From: a virus
Taxonomy: Duplodnaviria; Caudoviricetes
IMG/VR virus record: IMGVR_UViG_3300034075_000013
Span: 1 to 57,522 of that record
Reading direction: 5' to 3' (one strand)
Length of the DNA stretch: 57,522 nucleotides
In this document: positions 1 to 9,165 of the stretch, in pieces
Position numbering within the stretch: position 1 is the first letter of the stretch
Layout of the letters: each line of letters starts with the position of its first letter
Notes under the pieces: model-generated
The model's database searches: none
Told to the model about the DNA's origin: nothing
Seen by the model: only the letters and a program-made list of their open reading frames with translations
Program-made: the position numbers and the translations under genes

Positions 1-103
1 GCAGCAACGGGGTTCATTTCTTCATCACCCGTGAAGAAGCGCACGCGTGGTAGCCCCCAGCGCAGAGCGATGGTCGCAGTACAGACCGACAACCAACCGG
101 AGA
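1..103. repeat. Terminal direct repeat (circular overlap) identical to 57403-57505
   Basis: Bases 1-103 match 57403-57505 exactly, implying a ~57,402 bp circle. Confidence 0.95.
76..103 (+). repeat. 28-bp direct repeat GCAGTACAGACCGACAACCAACCGGAGA (contains RBS)
   Basis: Same 28-mer at 56652-56679 and 57478-57505; flanks the pentapeptide gene on the circle. Confidence 0.9.
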
Positions 104-108
104 GCGCG

Positions 109-342
109 ATGCAACGTGACGCGACGAAGAAACAGGCAAAGACCGGCGACCAGATCAAGGCTGGCGACTCTCTCTACAACGTCATCGACGGGGCCTATGT
201 GGGTGACGTGATGAGCGTGCACCCCTACACCGGGCCGCTGCTGGACCTGGTCGGCGCTGGCTCGCAGATCGGCTCTTTCTACGGCGGCATGGAAATGACG
301 TTGCCGGCCGTTTCTTCGTGGCTCGTCGCCACCCCCGACTGA
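109..342 (+). CDS. Hypothetical early protein
   Basis: ATG after GGAGAG RBS of the repeat. Confidence 0.65.
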   Translation: MQRDATKKQAKTGDQIKAGDSLYNVIDGAYVGDVMSVHPYTGPLLDLVGAGSQIGSFYGGMEMTLPAVSSWLVATPD

Positions 343-376
343 TTCCCACCCCCGCCCACTGGATAGGAGAAGAGCG

Positions 377-616
377 ATGCGCTTCCACCTCGTCCTCGTC
401 ACAAAGCGCGGATATGCCTTACGCCGCTCATTCGATGCCAAGTGCATCCATGAGGCTGCGGGCGAGCACTTCCGCGAGTGGGGCATTCGTGGCACTTCGT
501 TTGCGCTGGTGATGCGTGATGCGAGCGGACGGCGCTACAGCTTCAACGACAGCGCGAGCCTGCGTATGCAGCCCTGCGGCATGGAACGCTGCGCCGCTTC
601 TACCCCCACCCCCTGA
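377..616 (+). CDS. Hypothetical early protein
   Basis: AGGAGA RBS, tandem gene packing. Confidence 0.6.
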   Translation: MRFHLVLVTKRGYALRRSFDAKCIHEAAGEHFREWGIRGTSFALVMRDASGRRYSFNDSASLRMQPCGMERCAASTPTP

Positions 617-639
617 CCCACCCAAACGGAGAGAGCGAG

Positions 640-840
640 ATGAGCGAAACGAAAGCGAACAGTCTGCGCGGCGCAATCGTCGCCCGGATGCGCGCCGAAG
701 GTGCGACCTCGGCTGATGACGCCGAGATTGTCCGCACGCTCGCTCCCTGTGTCTGCGGCTCCCTGCTGATCGAGACGGCAAAGCTCCTGCGCGATGGTGG
801 GCAACTGTCCGACGCAGATATCGCAGCCACCCCCGAATAA
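640..840 (+). CDS. Hypothetical early protein
   Basis: GGAGAG RBS. Confidence 0.6.
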   Translation: MSETKANSLRGAIVARMRAEGATSADDAEIVRTLAPCVCGSLLIETAKLLRDGGQLSDADIAATPE

Positions 841-868
841 CCCCCGCCCCACACGCAAAGGAGAGGAC

Positions 869-1096
869 ATGACCTACGAAGAAGAACTGGCATGGGCTCA
901 GGCTGAGCACATCGCCCGCATTGCCGATCTGCGGGACCGCACTCCCGAAGGATTAAGCCGCGCGCAAAGCAACGCCGAGGCTCGCCGCAAGGCTGTCGGC
1001 TTGTCTAGCTCACGCGTGGCGATGTTGGTCAAGGACGCGGGCAGCATCCGTCGCCGCGAAGAAATGCGCGCTGCTGCTACTGGCACCCCCACCTAA
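869..1096 (+). CDS. Hypothetical early protein
   Basis: AGGAGAGG RBS before ATG (MTYEEELAW...). Confidence 0.65.
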   Translation: MTYEEELAWAQAEHIARIADLRDRTPEGLSRAQSNAEARRKAVGLSSSRVAMLVKDAGSIRRREEMRAAATGTPT

Positions 1097-1283
1097 CCGG
1101 AGAGAGAGATTGTTCTTTGAGGTCTTGCGCCTGTTGCTCTGGCTGGCGCAATTTGAAGCGGGCGGCGCGATGCAGCCGCAGAGAGGCCGGGATGCGCGAG
1201 TCGCTACCTGCCAAACCACCACGGCAAGGCCGTGGAAAACGGAGTGGGGTTAGTGGCGCTGACCTCTGACCAGAGCATTTCGC

Positions 1284-1312
1284 AAAGAGCCGCTCTCAGT
1301 GGCGGCTCTTTT
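1284..1312 (+). terminator. Intrinsic terminator (tL-like)
   Basis: AAAGAGCCGC...GCGGCTCTTTT hairpin with T tract. Confidence 0.65.
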
Positions 1313-1340
1313 CAAAGTGACATCACAACAGGAGCCGCGA

Positions 1341-1574
1341 ATGTCGCACATTTTAGAGCAACTGGAAGGCCGGGAACGGCGGGCCGAGTGCCTGCGCGAT
1401 GACATTTTGAACGGCGGTCGCACTGGCTGGCCTCCCGGCATGTTGCAGGACGACTGCCGCAAGTTGAGCCGTTGGCTGGCGAACCGTATCGACTCGCGGA
1501 TGCACGCCAAGCAAGCCGCCTTCTTCGCTGAGTGCGAGGCAGAGGCTCGCAAGGTGATGAGGGGCGCGGTATGA
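1341..1574 (+). CDS. Hypothetical protein
   Basis: AGGAG RBS, ATGA overlap with next gene. Confidence 0.65.
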   Translation: MSHILEQLEGRERRAECLRDDILNGGRTGWPPGMLQDDCRKLSRWLANRIDSRMHAKQAAFFAECEAEARKVMRGAV

Positions 1575-1936
1575 GCGACGACCAATTCTTTGACGGCGGC
1601 TGGTGCTGGATGTCGCACCCCGAATACAACGACGGCAACGCCATCCCGGTAAAGATGGAAGCGGCAGAGGGCGGGCGCTGGTTCTACCCACTCGATCCGC
1701 GCGGCGCATCCGAAGAGGACTGGGACCGGCGCGACAAGCAGTGGGAAATGGTTCAGCCTCCGATGGCCGACCTCGAGCGTGCGGTGGAACTGGACGACTT
1801 GCGCGCCTCTCACCAGAGGCTGAAGGAAGCGCTGGAGACTTGCGTTGCAGCAATAGAGCGCACCCATCACGTTGACGCCGCCGGCCGACTGGCAGCAGCG
1901 GACAAGGCCCGCGAAGCCCTCCGGAGCACTCCATGA
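1571..1936 (+). CDS. Hypothetical protein
   Basis: ATGA coupling on both sides. Confidence 0.65.
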   Translation: MSDDQFFDGGWCWMSHPEYNDGNAIPVKMEAAEGGRWFYPLDPRGASEEDWDRRDKQWEMVQPPMADLERAVELDDLRASHQRLKEALETCVAAIERTHHVDAAGRLAAADKAREALRSTP

Positions 1937-2181
1937 GCCACGCACGCCATGTGAACGTAGCTCGAATGCCAGGCGTAGGCGACTGGTGGACGCCTCCTGA
2001 TGACCCGCCGTGGATTGATTGCGAACTGTGCGACGGCAAAGGCTCACGGATGGTGCTAGACGAGGGATTCAAGCCGTATCGCAGCGTCTGCGAGGCGTGC
2101 GAGGGTTGCGGAAAGCTCGATGCTGAAACCGGCCAGCCATACGACCGCGATGCGCTGCAACGACTGTGTGAAGGAGATTGA
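1933..2181 (+). CDS. DnaJ-type zinc-finger small protein
   Basis: CELCDGKG and CEACEGCG motifs. Confidence 0.65.
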   Translation: MSHARHVNVARMPGVGDWWTPPDDPPWIDCELCDGKGSRMVLDEGFKPYRSVCEACEGCGKLDAETGQPYDRDALQRLCEGD

Positions 2182-2182
2182 G

Positions 2183-2389
2183 ATGAACTGGCAGCCGATT
2201 GAGACTGCGCCGAAAGATGACACGCCGGTTGATCTGTGGCGCGGCGAGCGGAAGGAGCGGGCGGTCAATATGAGGCGAGTAGAGCTTGCGCCAGATAACG
2301 TGTTCTACGACCCGGTGTCGGACGGCCCGTGTGTCGTCAGAGATGCCACGCACTGGATGCCGATCCCGCCGCCGCCGGAGGAGGCATGA
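2183..2389 (+). CDS. DUF551-like phage protein
   Basis: WQPIETAPKD...THWMPIPPPP signature. Confidence 0.75.
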   Translation: MNWQPIETAPKDDTPVDLWRGERKERAVNMRRVELAPDNVFYDPVSDGPCVVRDATHWMPIPPPPEEA

Positions 2390-2493
2390 ACCCCACCGCC
2401 AAAGCCATTCTCGGCGTGATGGTGCTTGTAGTGCTGGGCGTCCTTGCTGCAGCTGCGATTGTCCACACGCTGTCTTGTGAAGGAATGTGCTGA
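2386..2493 (+). CDS. Small membrane peptide (35 aa)
   Basis: Hydrophobic MNPTAKAILGVMVLVVLGVLAAAAIV..., GGAGG RBS, overlapping stop/start. Confidence 0.5.
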   Translation: MNPTAKAILGVMVLVVLGVLAAAAIVHTLSCEGMC

Positions 2494-2747
2494 TGAAAGT
2501 CTGGATTACCAAATACGCGCTTACCGAAGGCATTCTGGAAGTGGACGGCAAGCAGTGCAGAGAAGGAATGATTTCCGTCAAGCCGACGAAGCCGGGCTAT
2601 CTGACGACCTACTTCTACGGCAACGACTGGCACCGCACCAGAGAGGACGCGATTGCACGGGCAGAAGTAATGCGCGCCAAGAAGATCGCCAGCCTGCGCA
2701 AGAGCATCACCAAGATGGAAACGCTTTCGTTCAAGGACGCTGAATGA
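2493..2747 (+). CDS. Conserved-looking phage hypothetical protein
   Basis: MKVWITKYALT... with translational coupling. Confidence 0.7.
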   Translation: MKVWITKYALTEGILEVDGKQCREGMISVKPTKPGYLTTYFYGNDWHRTREDAIARAEVMRAKKIASLRKSITKMETLSFKDAE

Positions 2748-2962
2748 CCCGCCCCAACCTCAAAGCGGTGAAGCCGCCCAAACGCCCGTCGATTGCGCTG
2801 CTGCGCCAGGCGGTCAGGCTCTATCGCAGCGAACACGCCCCGCGCGAGGTACGGAGGGCGAATGCTCGCAAGTGGCTTAGGTCAATCGCAATGCTCGGTG
2901 ACGGCTGGGTGCTCGCCGGCCGGAAGGAAGTGTCGTGGGGCGCGAAAGAGAGGAAAGCGTGA
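2744..2962 (+). CDS. Hypothetical basic protein
   Basis: ATGA overlap. Confidence 0.6.
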   Translation: MTRPNLKAVKPPKRPSIALLRQAVRLYRSEHAPREVRRANARKWLRSIAMLGDGWVLAGRKEVSWGAKERKA

Positions 2963-3408
2963 TGAGCAAGAGCCTTCCTTCGCGCGGCTTTGCTGCAATC
3001 GGCCTGCACCAGCCGAAGAACTCAATCAACGTCGGCTCTGTCCTGCGCGCGGCGCTGTGCTATGACGCCGCTCTCGTCGCCACAAGTGGACGGCGCTACA
3101 GCCGCGCCTCCACTGATACAACGAAGGCATATCGCCATATCCCGCTAGTTCAGGCAGAAAACCTGCGCTCAGCGGTGCCGTTCGATTGCGTGCCGGTCGC
3201 CGTTGACCTGATCGACGGAGCCCGCCCGCTGCAAGGCTATATCCACCCGGAACGCGCGTTCTACGTGTTCGGGCCGGAAGACGGAACGCTCGGCAAGGAA
3301 ATCCTCGGCTGGTGCCGGGATGTGATCTACGTCCCGACGCGCTTTTGCATGAACCTCGCCGCCACGGTCAACGTGGTGCTCTATGACCGACTTGTGAAAA
3401 GGGACTAA
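2962..3408 (+). CDS. SpoU/TrmH-family (SPOUT) RNA 2'-O-methyltransferase
   Basis: Motifs PKNSINVGSVLRAA, VFGPEDG, CMNLAATVNVVLYDR. Confidence 0.85.
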   Translation: MSKSLPSRGFAAIGLHQPKNSINVGSVLRAALCYDAALVATSGRRYSRASTDTTKAYRHIPLVQAENLRSAVPFDCVPVAVDLIDGARPLQGYIHPERAFYVFGPEDGTLGKEILGWCRDVIYVPTRFCMNLAATVNVVLYDRLVKRD

Positions 3409-3410
3409 CC

Positions 3411-3824
3411 ATGGAAACCGTTACCTGCTGCGAGCGCAACGGCTTTGCCGACAAGGCGGAACAGTGCAAGTGCGGCCGGCTTTGTCCTGAAGGCCGCGTA
3501 GACCTGAGCGCGATCCTGACACGCCGAGTCGCAGAGCGCGACATGCTGCGCCAGTGCTGCGCATCGGGACAGGCCGATTCGCGCCAGATCGCCGCGCACA
3601 TCGCAGCCGGTGAATTGCGCCTGACCGAGCAGGACGGCGGTTACGAGTGCGCCCTGCCGATCACGTACTGCGGCCCGGAGCCGAAAGAGCCCACCGACTG
3701 GCAGGCCGTGACGCTATGGGCGGCCGTGATCCTGTGCTTTGCCGTCGTCGTCGCGCTGTCCATTGCCGACCCGCGCGACCTGTCAACCATCTGGCCGCGT
3801 CTTGTGGCGCTGGCTTCGTTCTAG
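3411..3824 (+). CDS. Hypothetical protein with C-terminal TM helix
   Basis: ORF with hydrophobic segment. Confidence 0.55.
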   Translation: METVTCCERNGFADKAEQCKCGRLCPEGRVDLSAILTRRVAERDMLRQCCASGQADSRQIAAHIAAGELRLTEQDGGYECALPITYCGPEPKEPTDWQAVTLWAAVILCFAVVVALSIADPRDLSTIWPRLVALASF

Positions 3825-3834
3825 GAGAACACAC

Positions 3835-4161
3835 ATGAACGCACCCTATGACGCCGCCGACGCGGTAGCAGAAGCAGAGCGCGATGTGTTCCGCGCCGAC
3901 TTCATGCGCGTCGCAGCAGACCCGGACAACCTCGCCTTGCCGTGCGCTTTCGGGCGCGTGGTAAAGGACTACCGCATTGACGGCAACCGCCACCAGACCG
4001 GCGGCGAACTGATCGCAGAAGCGGTGGAGGACAACAACTCGATGCCGCTGGCGATGGGCCTGCTGTGCAGGGCCGCGCTGGGGCAGGACGTGAGCGAGGA
4101 CGCGCGCCGGCTGCTGTCTCGCTGCGCCGTCAAGTGGGCGGAACGCCGCTCGGAACTGTAA
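3835..4161 (+). CDS. Hypothetical protein
   Basis: AGGAGA RBS. Confidence 0.65.
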   Translation: MNAPYDAADAVAEAERDVFRADFMRVAADPDNLALPCAFGRVVKDYRIDGNRHQTGGELIAEAVEDNNSMPLAMGLLCRAALGQDVSEDARRLLSRCAVKWAERRSEL

Positions 4162-4189
4162 ACCGAATTTTCAACCCAGCCACAGGAGA

Positions 4190-5113
4190 ATGATGATGGC
4201 ACTTCGTATTACCCGCGCCTCCGACCCGATCAAGGTTGAGCGCCTGAACGTCTGTATTTACGGCCAGCCCGGAGCCGGGAAGTCCTCGCTTGCCTTCACG
4301 GCAGAGGCCCCGCTCCTGCTGGACTTCGACAACGGAGCGCACCGCGCAGCCAACCGCAAGGACATCGTTCGCGTGACTTGCTGGGGCGACGTTGCCGACC
4401 TGTCGGCGGAAGACCTCGCTCCCTATAGGACGGTTGTTGTGGACACTGCCGGCCGGGCACTGGACATCCTCACCGCCGACATCATCCGCAGGAACCCAAA
4501 ATCGGGCCGTGGCGGGGCTCTGACGCTGCAAGGGTACGGAACCCTCAAGGCGGAGTTTGTCGCGTGGCTGAAGGCCCTCAACAGCTTCGGCAAGGACGTT
4601 GTTCTCGTCGCCCACATGGACGAGCAGCGCAACGGGGACGACATCATTGAACGCCTCGATGTGCAGGGCGGCAGCAAGGGTGAAATTTACAAGGCCGCTG
4701 ATGCGATGGGCCGGGTTGCCGTCAAGGGCGGAATGCGCACGCTCAACTTCAACCCCACCGAAGCGGCTTTCGGCAAGAACCCCGGCCAGCTCGACGCGCA
4801 GGAAATCCCGCACCCCGACAAGAACCCCGAGTTCCTGTCCGGCGTGATCGCCGCCATCAAGGGAAGGCTCAATGCCATGACCGAGGAGCAAGCCGCCGCT
4901 CAGGCCGTGTTGGAAGACTGGCGCGTTATCGTCCGCGAACTGTCCGATGTGTCTGACTTCAACGACAAACTGGCCGGCGTCAAGCAGGCTCCGAAGGCCG
5001 CGCAGGCGTTGTTTGCCGAAGCCGCGAAGCACAAGGGCTACACCTTCGACGCTAAGGCCAAGCAGTACGTTGCGCCGGCCGCGAACCAAGCGCAGGAAAA
5101 GGCGGCGGCATGA
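4190..5113 (+). CDS. Sak4-like AAA ATPase / ssDNA-annealing recombinase
   Basis: Walker A GQPGAGKS, LLLDFD, Walker B VVVDT, VAH motif; adjacent exonuclease. Confidence 0.85.
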   Translation: MMMALRITRASDPIKVERLNVCIYGQPGAGKSSLAFTAEAPLLLDFDNGAHRAANRKDIVRVTCWGDVADLSAEDLAPYRTVVVDTAGRALDILTADIIRRNPKSGRGGALTLQGYGTLKAEFVAWLKALNSFGKDVVLVAHMDEQRNGDDIIERLDVQGGSKGEIYKAADAMGRVAVKGGMRTLNFNPTEAAFGKNPGQLDAQEIPHPDKNPEFLSGVIAAIKGRLNAMTEEQAAAQAVLEDWRVIVRELSDVSDFNDKLAGVKQAPKAAQALFAEAAKHKGYTFDAKAKQYVAPAANQAQEKAAA

Positions 5114-5733
5114 TCGGGATGACCTTCCGCGTATCGGAAGTAGAGAGTTTCCGCCAGTGGCGCGATGACGAGGACGCGGACCTCGAATTGCTGCTGGCCC
5201 GGATGCGCGGACAGACCGAGGCATCCGAGGCCATGCTCGCCGGAACCGCCTTTCACAAGGCGCTGGAAGTGGCCCAGCCCGGCGACGCGGCAACCCTGCA
5301 AGCCTTGGGCTACACGTTCAAGATGATCGGAGACTTTGAGCTTGCCATCCCAGTCATCCGAGAAGTGCGGGCCAGCAAGGCGTACACCGTGGACGACTGC
5401 GCCATTTTGGTGAGCGGGCAACTGGACGCCATCGAAGGCAAGCGGGTAGAGGACCACAAGACCACAGGCCGGTTCGACCCGGAGCGGTATCTCGGCGGCT
5501 ATCAGTGGCGGCTGTACCTCGAAATCTTCGGCGCGAATCACTTCCGCTGGAACGTGTTCGAGATTTCCGCGACCGACGAGCCGCTGACTTGGGAAGTATT
5601 CGCCGCTCACCGGCTTGAGCAGTACCGCTATCCGGGGATGGCGTCCGACTGCGAACGGCTGGTGGCCGACTTGGCGCAGTTTGCGCGCGAGCACTTGCCG
5701 GAACGGGTTCGCCCGCTGGCCTGCGCCGCATGA
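5110..5733 (+). CDS. PD-(D/E)XK exonuclease (Cas4/RecB-like)
   Basis: GTAFH, GQLD, DHKTT, QWRLY motifs. Confidence 0.8.
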   Translation: MIGMTFRVSEVESFRQWRDDEDADLELLLARMRGQTEASEAMLAGTAFHKALEVAQPGDAATLQALGYTFKMIGDFELAIPVIREVRASKAYTVDDCAILVSGQLDAIEGKRVEDHKTTGRFDPERYLGGYQWRLYLEIFGANHFRWNVFEISATDEPLTWEVFAAHRLEQYRYPGMASDCERLVADLAQFAREHLPERVRPLACAA

Positions 5734-6014
5734 GCCTCGTCCGGCAATCCGCCGATCTTGTGAACGAGCGCGGCTCCGTCACCGTGGACGCCCTCCTACC
5801 CTGCTTCCCGGCCCACACCCGCGAGCAAGTGCGCCGAGCCCTCAAAGCGGCAGCGGACATGGGCCTGATCAATGCGCAGCGGCCGGAATCGAAGCAAAGG
5901 CCGCACAGAGCCACGGGCCGCCCGAAAGGCGCGAAGCCGACCGTTTACAAGCCCGTAGTCGAGAGGACATATCGCAGGGTTGCGAGCGTGTTTGAACTGG
6001 CCGCTTTTGCCTGA
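5730..6014 (+). CDS. Putative winged-helix DNA-binding protein
   Basis: TREQVRRALKAAADMGLI helix pattern. Confidence 0.5.
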   Translation: MSLVRQSADLVNERGSVTVDALLPCFPAHTREQVRRALKAAADMGLINAQRPESKQRPHRATGRPKGAKPTVYKPVVERTYRRVASVFELAAFA

Positions 6015-6041
6015 TCCGGTGGCAGCTCACCAAATAGAGGA

Positions 6042-7022
6042 ATGACCATGACACAGAAAAGCGAAGTAGACGAGCGAGAATTGTTTGAAGCGTGGGCGAA
6101 GGCGCGCGGCGGGAGCGTGGACCGCGCTGACAGCGGCGAGTATCGAAGCGCAGCCACCGAGGCGCTTTGGAGCGGATGGCTTGCCCGTGCCGCTGTACCG
6201 AAGATGACAAATCACCTGTACGCAGGAGACTGCCCGGACGAGAACCAGCCGGACGCCTTTGATCCGAATTGCCCGGCTTGTGCCGCTGTACCGGCCCACC
6301 TTGTGCAGCAGCCGACGATACCGGAAGGGTGGAAGCTCGTTCCGGTGGAGCCGACCGAGGAAATGTGGACCGCAGGCCGCGACCCAATCATGTTCCGGGA
6401 TGTGAAGTACCACGTTCCGGCCGAGATGGAAGCGCCGCCGTGGCGCATCAACCCGGCGACCGGCGAGGTCGAGCGCGACAAGAGCAAGGGCACGACCGCT
6501 GTACACGTCTGGCGCGCGATGGTCACCGCCGCCCCACAGGCCGCACAGCCGATGCCTGATGGCGACCCGGCGCCGCCGAACAATCTCCCGCAATGGGACG
6601 AGTGCGCTTTGCGTGTCAGCAATTCCAAGTTCATCGCCCAGCGAGTGGCGGAAGGCGGATATGGAGCCGAGCCAGATTCGATGTTGGCGACGGAGTTGCA
6701 CCGCTTCATCTACGAGTACGACGACGCCGACCCTTACCTCTCCGCGTGGTTCCTGCACCGCCTGGAACTGGTGTTGACAGAGGCGCGCACCGCTGGCGGG
6801 GCGGTGCGGTACGTGCGCAAGCCCGAGGCCGACCGCCGCATCAGCCGCGGCGACGACTTCGCGGGCGATGCTTGGCTCGACATGCACACGGGCGAGACGG
6901 TCTACACCGTTGTCGGATTCGACCGCAACCAGCAGCCGACCATGGTCGTGCAGGACGGTCGCGCCGTGTCCACTGCTGGTGTGGCATTGCCCCGCGAACC
7001 CAAGGAGAACGACCGTGCGTGA
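6042..7022 (+). CDS. Mosaic hypothetical protein (ea/ead-region type)
   Basis: ERELFEAW and IPEGWKLVPVEPTEEM modules typical of lambdoid early genes. Confidence 0.7.
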   Translation: MTMTQKSEVDERELFEAWAKARGGSVDRADSGEYRSAATEALWSGWLARAAVPKMTNHLYAGDCPDENQPDAFDPNCPACAAVPAHLVQQPTIPEGWKLVPVEPTEEMWTAGRDPIMFRDVKYHVPAEMEAPPWRINPATGEVERDKSKGTTAVHVWRAMVTAAPQAAQPMPDGDPAPPNNLPQWDECALRVSNSKFIAQRVAEGGYGAEPDSMLATELHRFIYEYDDADPYLSAWFLHRLELVLTEARTAGGAVRYVRKPEADRRISRGDDFAGDAWLDMHTGETVYTVVGFDRNQQPTMVVQDGRAVSTAGVALPREPKENDRA

Positions 7023-7398
7023 ACTCACCGAAGATGAAGTACTAGCAGCGATTCAATCCTGCGGGCGCGATGTTCGCGGCCGCATCGCACTGACCTACGA
7101 AAGCGGCCCCTACGACATCGACCGGCCGACGATGGTGGCCGACAAGCTGGCCCGCGCCATCCAACGCAAGTTCATCGAAGTGAACGGCATTGGTGGCGTG
7201 GATACGTCGCAAGCGCCGAGCGGCCTCGCACAGCAGCTCGCAACAGCCGTCGAAGCCATCGAAGCCGAGCACGACCCGCTGTGCATGTCGGTGCTGCGCG
7301 GCAAGGCGTGCACCTGTGGCGTGGTGGGCATAGGTGGGCAGACGGTTGCTCCGTCAGACGCTGATAGCAAGACACAGGCAGCAAAGGACAAGCCGTGA
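7015..7398 (+). CDS. Hypothetical protein
   Basis: GTG after AAGGAGA. Confidence 0.6.
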   Translation: MRELTEDEVLAAIQSCGRDVRGRIALTYESGPYDIDRPTMVADKLARAIQRKFIEVNGIGGVDTSQAPSGLAQQLATAVEAIEAEHDPLCMSVLRGKACTCGVVGIGGQTVAPSDADSKTQAAKDKP

Positions 7399-7658
7399 AA
7401 CCTACTGATTTTTGCCGCCGCGTATCCCGCCCGTGGGGTCGTATCACCAAGCACAAGGACGGCGACTACATGGATGGCTCGGTCGTCACGAAGCACGGAA
7501 TCGTTGAGGTGTACTCGCAGAAGGGCGCCCCGTACACGTACATCCAGGTCGTGATCGGCGGCAGGCTCTACGAGCGCACCATCAACAAGGAGTACACCGA
7601 GCGTGGGCTCGTCACTGTCGCCGCACGGTTCGCGGCAGCACTGAAGGACAAGCCGTGA
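7395..7658 (+). CDS. Hypothetical protein flanked by 16-bp direct repeats
   Basis: GTGA coupling; AAGGACAAGCCGTGAA at 7384-7399 and 7644-7659. Confidence 0.7.
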   Translation: MKPTDFCRRVSRPWGRITKHKDGDYMDGSVVTKHGIVEVYSQKGAPYTYIQVVIGGRLYERTINKEYTERGLVTVAARFAAALKDKP

Positions 7659-8014
7659 ACCTCGACACACTACAGAAGATCGCAGAAGCGGCGGAGCAGC
7701 ACACAAGGGCGCTGACCATGACCGGCCCGCGCTGCCCGTGGTACGACGCACCTTCGCTGGTTGCCAAGCTCGAATGCTCTGACGCAGACGCCGAGTTCAT
7801 CGCAGCAGCGTCTCCTGAACTGATGCTGAGCCTGATCGCCATAGCAAGGGCAGCGAAAGCGAGCCTGCAAGCGTCAGACGAGTTCGCCAGCATGTTCGGG
7901 CTAGCCTCCACAACCGAAGTTCTGACAGGCGATCTGGACGGCGACTTTGGCAACTACGAAAAGACCGAAGCCGCCCTTCGCGCTGCTCTGTCCGCTCTGC
8001 CTACTGGAGATTAA
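7655..8014 (+). CDS. Ead/Ea22-like protein
   Basis: DAEFIAAASPELMLSLI motif. Confidence 0.65.
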   Translation: MNLDTLQKIAEAAEQHTRALTMTGPRCPWYDAPSLVAKLECSDADAEFIAAASPELMLSLIAIARAAKASLQASDEFASMFGLASTTEVLTGDLDGDFGNYEKTEAALRAALSALPTGD

Positions 8015-8016
8015 CA

Positions 8017-8292
8017 ATGAAACCTACCGGATACGTTGTGCTTGAGTCCTGTGAGAGCTACGAGCAAGTTCTCACGCTCAAGACCGGCGACGGGCTGCCG
8101 GACGGCGGGATTCTCGCCTGGGCCGACAAGAAGCACATGCGCGTGATCTTCCCGACGCGGCAGGCCGCACGCGCAGCCATCGACAGGACCGAGCACTACC
8201 GGCTGGCGTTCGGATTTGATCTACCGGAGAAGCGCTATTGCCGCGTCGAGCCTATCGCTGCTCTGCCTGCGGGTGAAGGGGCGGGACAGTGA
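8017..8292 (+). CDS. Hypothetical protein
   Basis: GGAGA RBS. Confidence 0.6.
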   Translation: MKPTGYVVLESCESYEQVLTLKTGDGLPDGGILAWADKKHMRVIFPTRQAARAAIDRTEHYRLAFGFDLPEKRYCRVEPIAALPAGEGAGQ

Positions 8293-8458
8293 GCGCCTTC
8301 ACGATTCTCGGCGTGCTGGTCTTCTGGGGCTGGTGCTACGCAGCAGGCTGGTGGCTCGGCTTTGCGCTCGATGTGCTGGTGCCGATCTTCCTGCTCAAGA
8401 AGATGGACCCGATGCTGTCTGGCGTATTCGCGGGCTACATGGAACTGGACTTGAAGCG

Positions 8459-8695
8459 ATGAGCGACCTCTCCCCAACGATGCGCGAAGCACTGGACTAC
8501 GCCAGCAAGCACGGCGGCCTTGTGCGCTTTCCCGGTGGCTACTGGTGCAAGTCGGACGAGACTCAGTGGAACGTCGGATGGCGCAGCTTCAGCACCAGCA
8601 CGGTAAATGCTCTCGTTTCTCGCGGGCACGCTGAGTACACCGAATGGAAGGACGGGCGCAACGGCTCGTTCCCGGTCAGGATGGCGGTGAAGTAA
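8459..8695 (+). CDS. Hypothetical protein (winged-helix-like)
   Basis: MSDLSPTMREAL..., TAATG overlap with next gene. Confidence 0.6.
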   Translation: MSDLSPTMREALDYASKHGGLVRFPGGYWCKSDETQWNVGWRSFSTSTVNALVSRGHAEYTEWKDGRNGSFPVRMAVK

Positions 8696-9165
8696 TGCTG
8701 ACCGCCTCCGAAGTCGCCGCCATGGCTCCGTCCACGATTCTGCTTCGCGCGATCTTTGCCGAGCGGCTAGGCGCGCCCCTGGACGGGATAACGCAATTCG
8801 ACATTGAAGCCGCCCGCGTGAGCTGGGAACTGGATCAGGTGTTCCGCCACATGCGGCAGGCTGGACAACCGTCGCCAGAGGAACTGTACCGCGAGCGGCT
8901 AAGAGCCAACCGGCAGGCAATCCGAGCCAAGCGGGAAGCGGCCAAGATGCGACGCACGCCAGCATGGGCCGACCTGGAAGCGATCCGAGCCTTCTACGTC
9001 GAGGCGCAGCGCGTGACGCGGGAAACCGGGCAGCCGCACCACGTTGACCACATCATCCCGCTACAGGGCCGGCTTGTCTCCGGCCTGCACGTAGAGGGAA
9101 ACCTGCAAGTCTTGTCTGGCGTCGAGAACCAGCGCAAACACAACCGCTTTGAGGTCGAGGAATGA
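8695..9165 (+). CDS. HNH endonuclease
   Basis: HHVDHIIPLQG...SGLHVEGNLQVL...NQRKHN. Confidence 0.85.
   Translation: MLTASEVAAMAPSTILLRAIFAERLGAPLDGITQFDIEAARVSWELDQVFRHMRQAGQPSPEELYRERLRANRQAIRAKREAAKMRRTPAWADLEAIRAFYVEAQRVTRETGQPHHVDHIIPLQGRLVSGLHVEGNLQVLSGVENQRKHNRFEVEE

Noticed and set aside
5110-5733. Cas4 / CRISPR-Cas system
   Set aside because: Solo PD-(D/E)XK exonuclease paired with Sak4; no other cas genes or array
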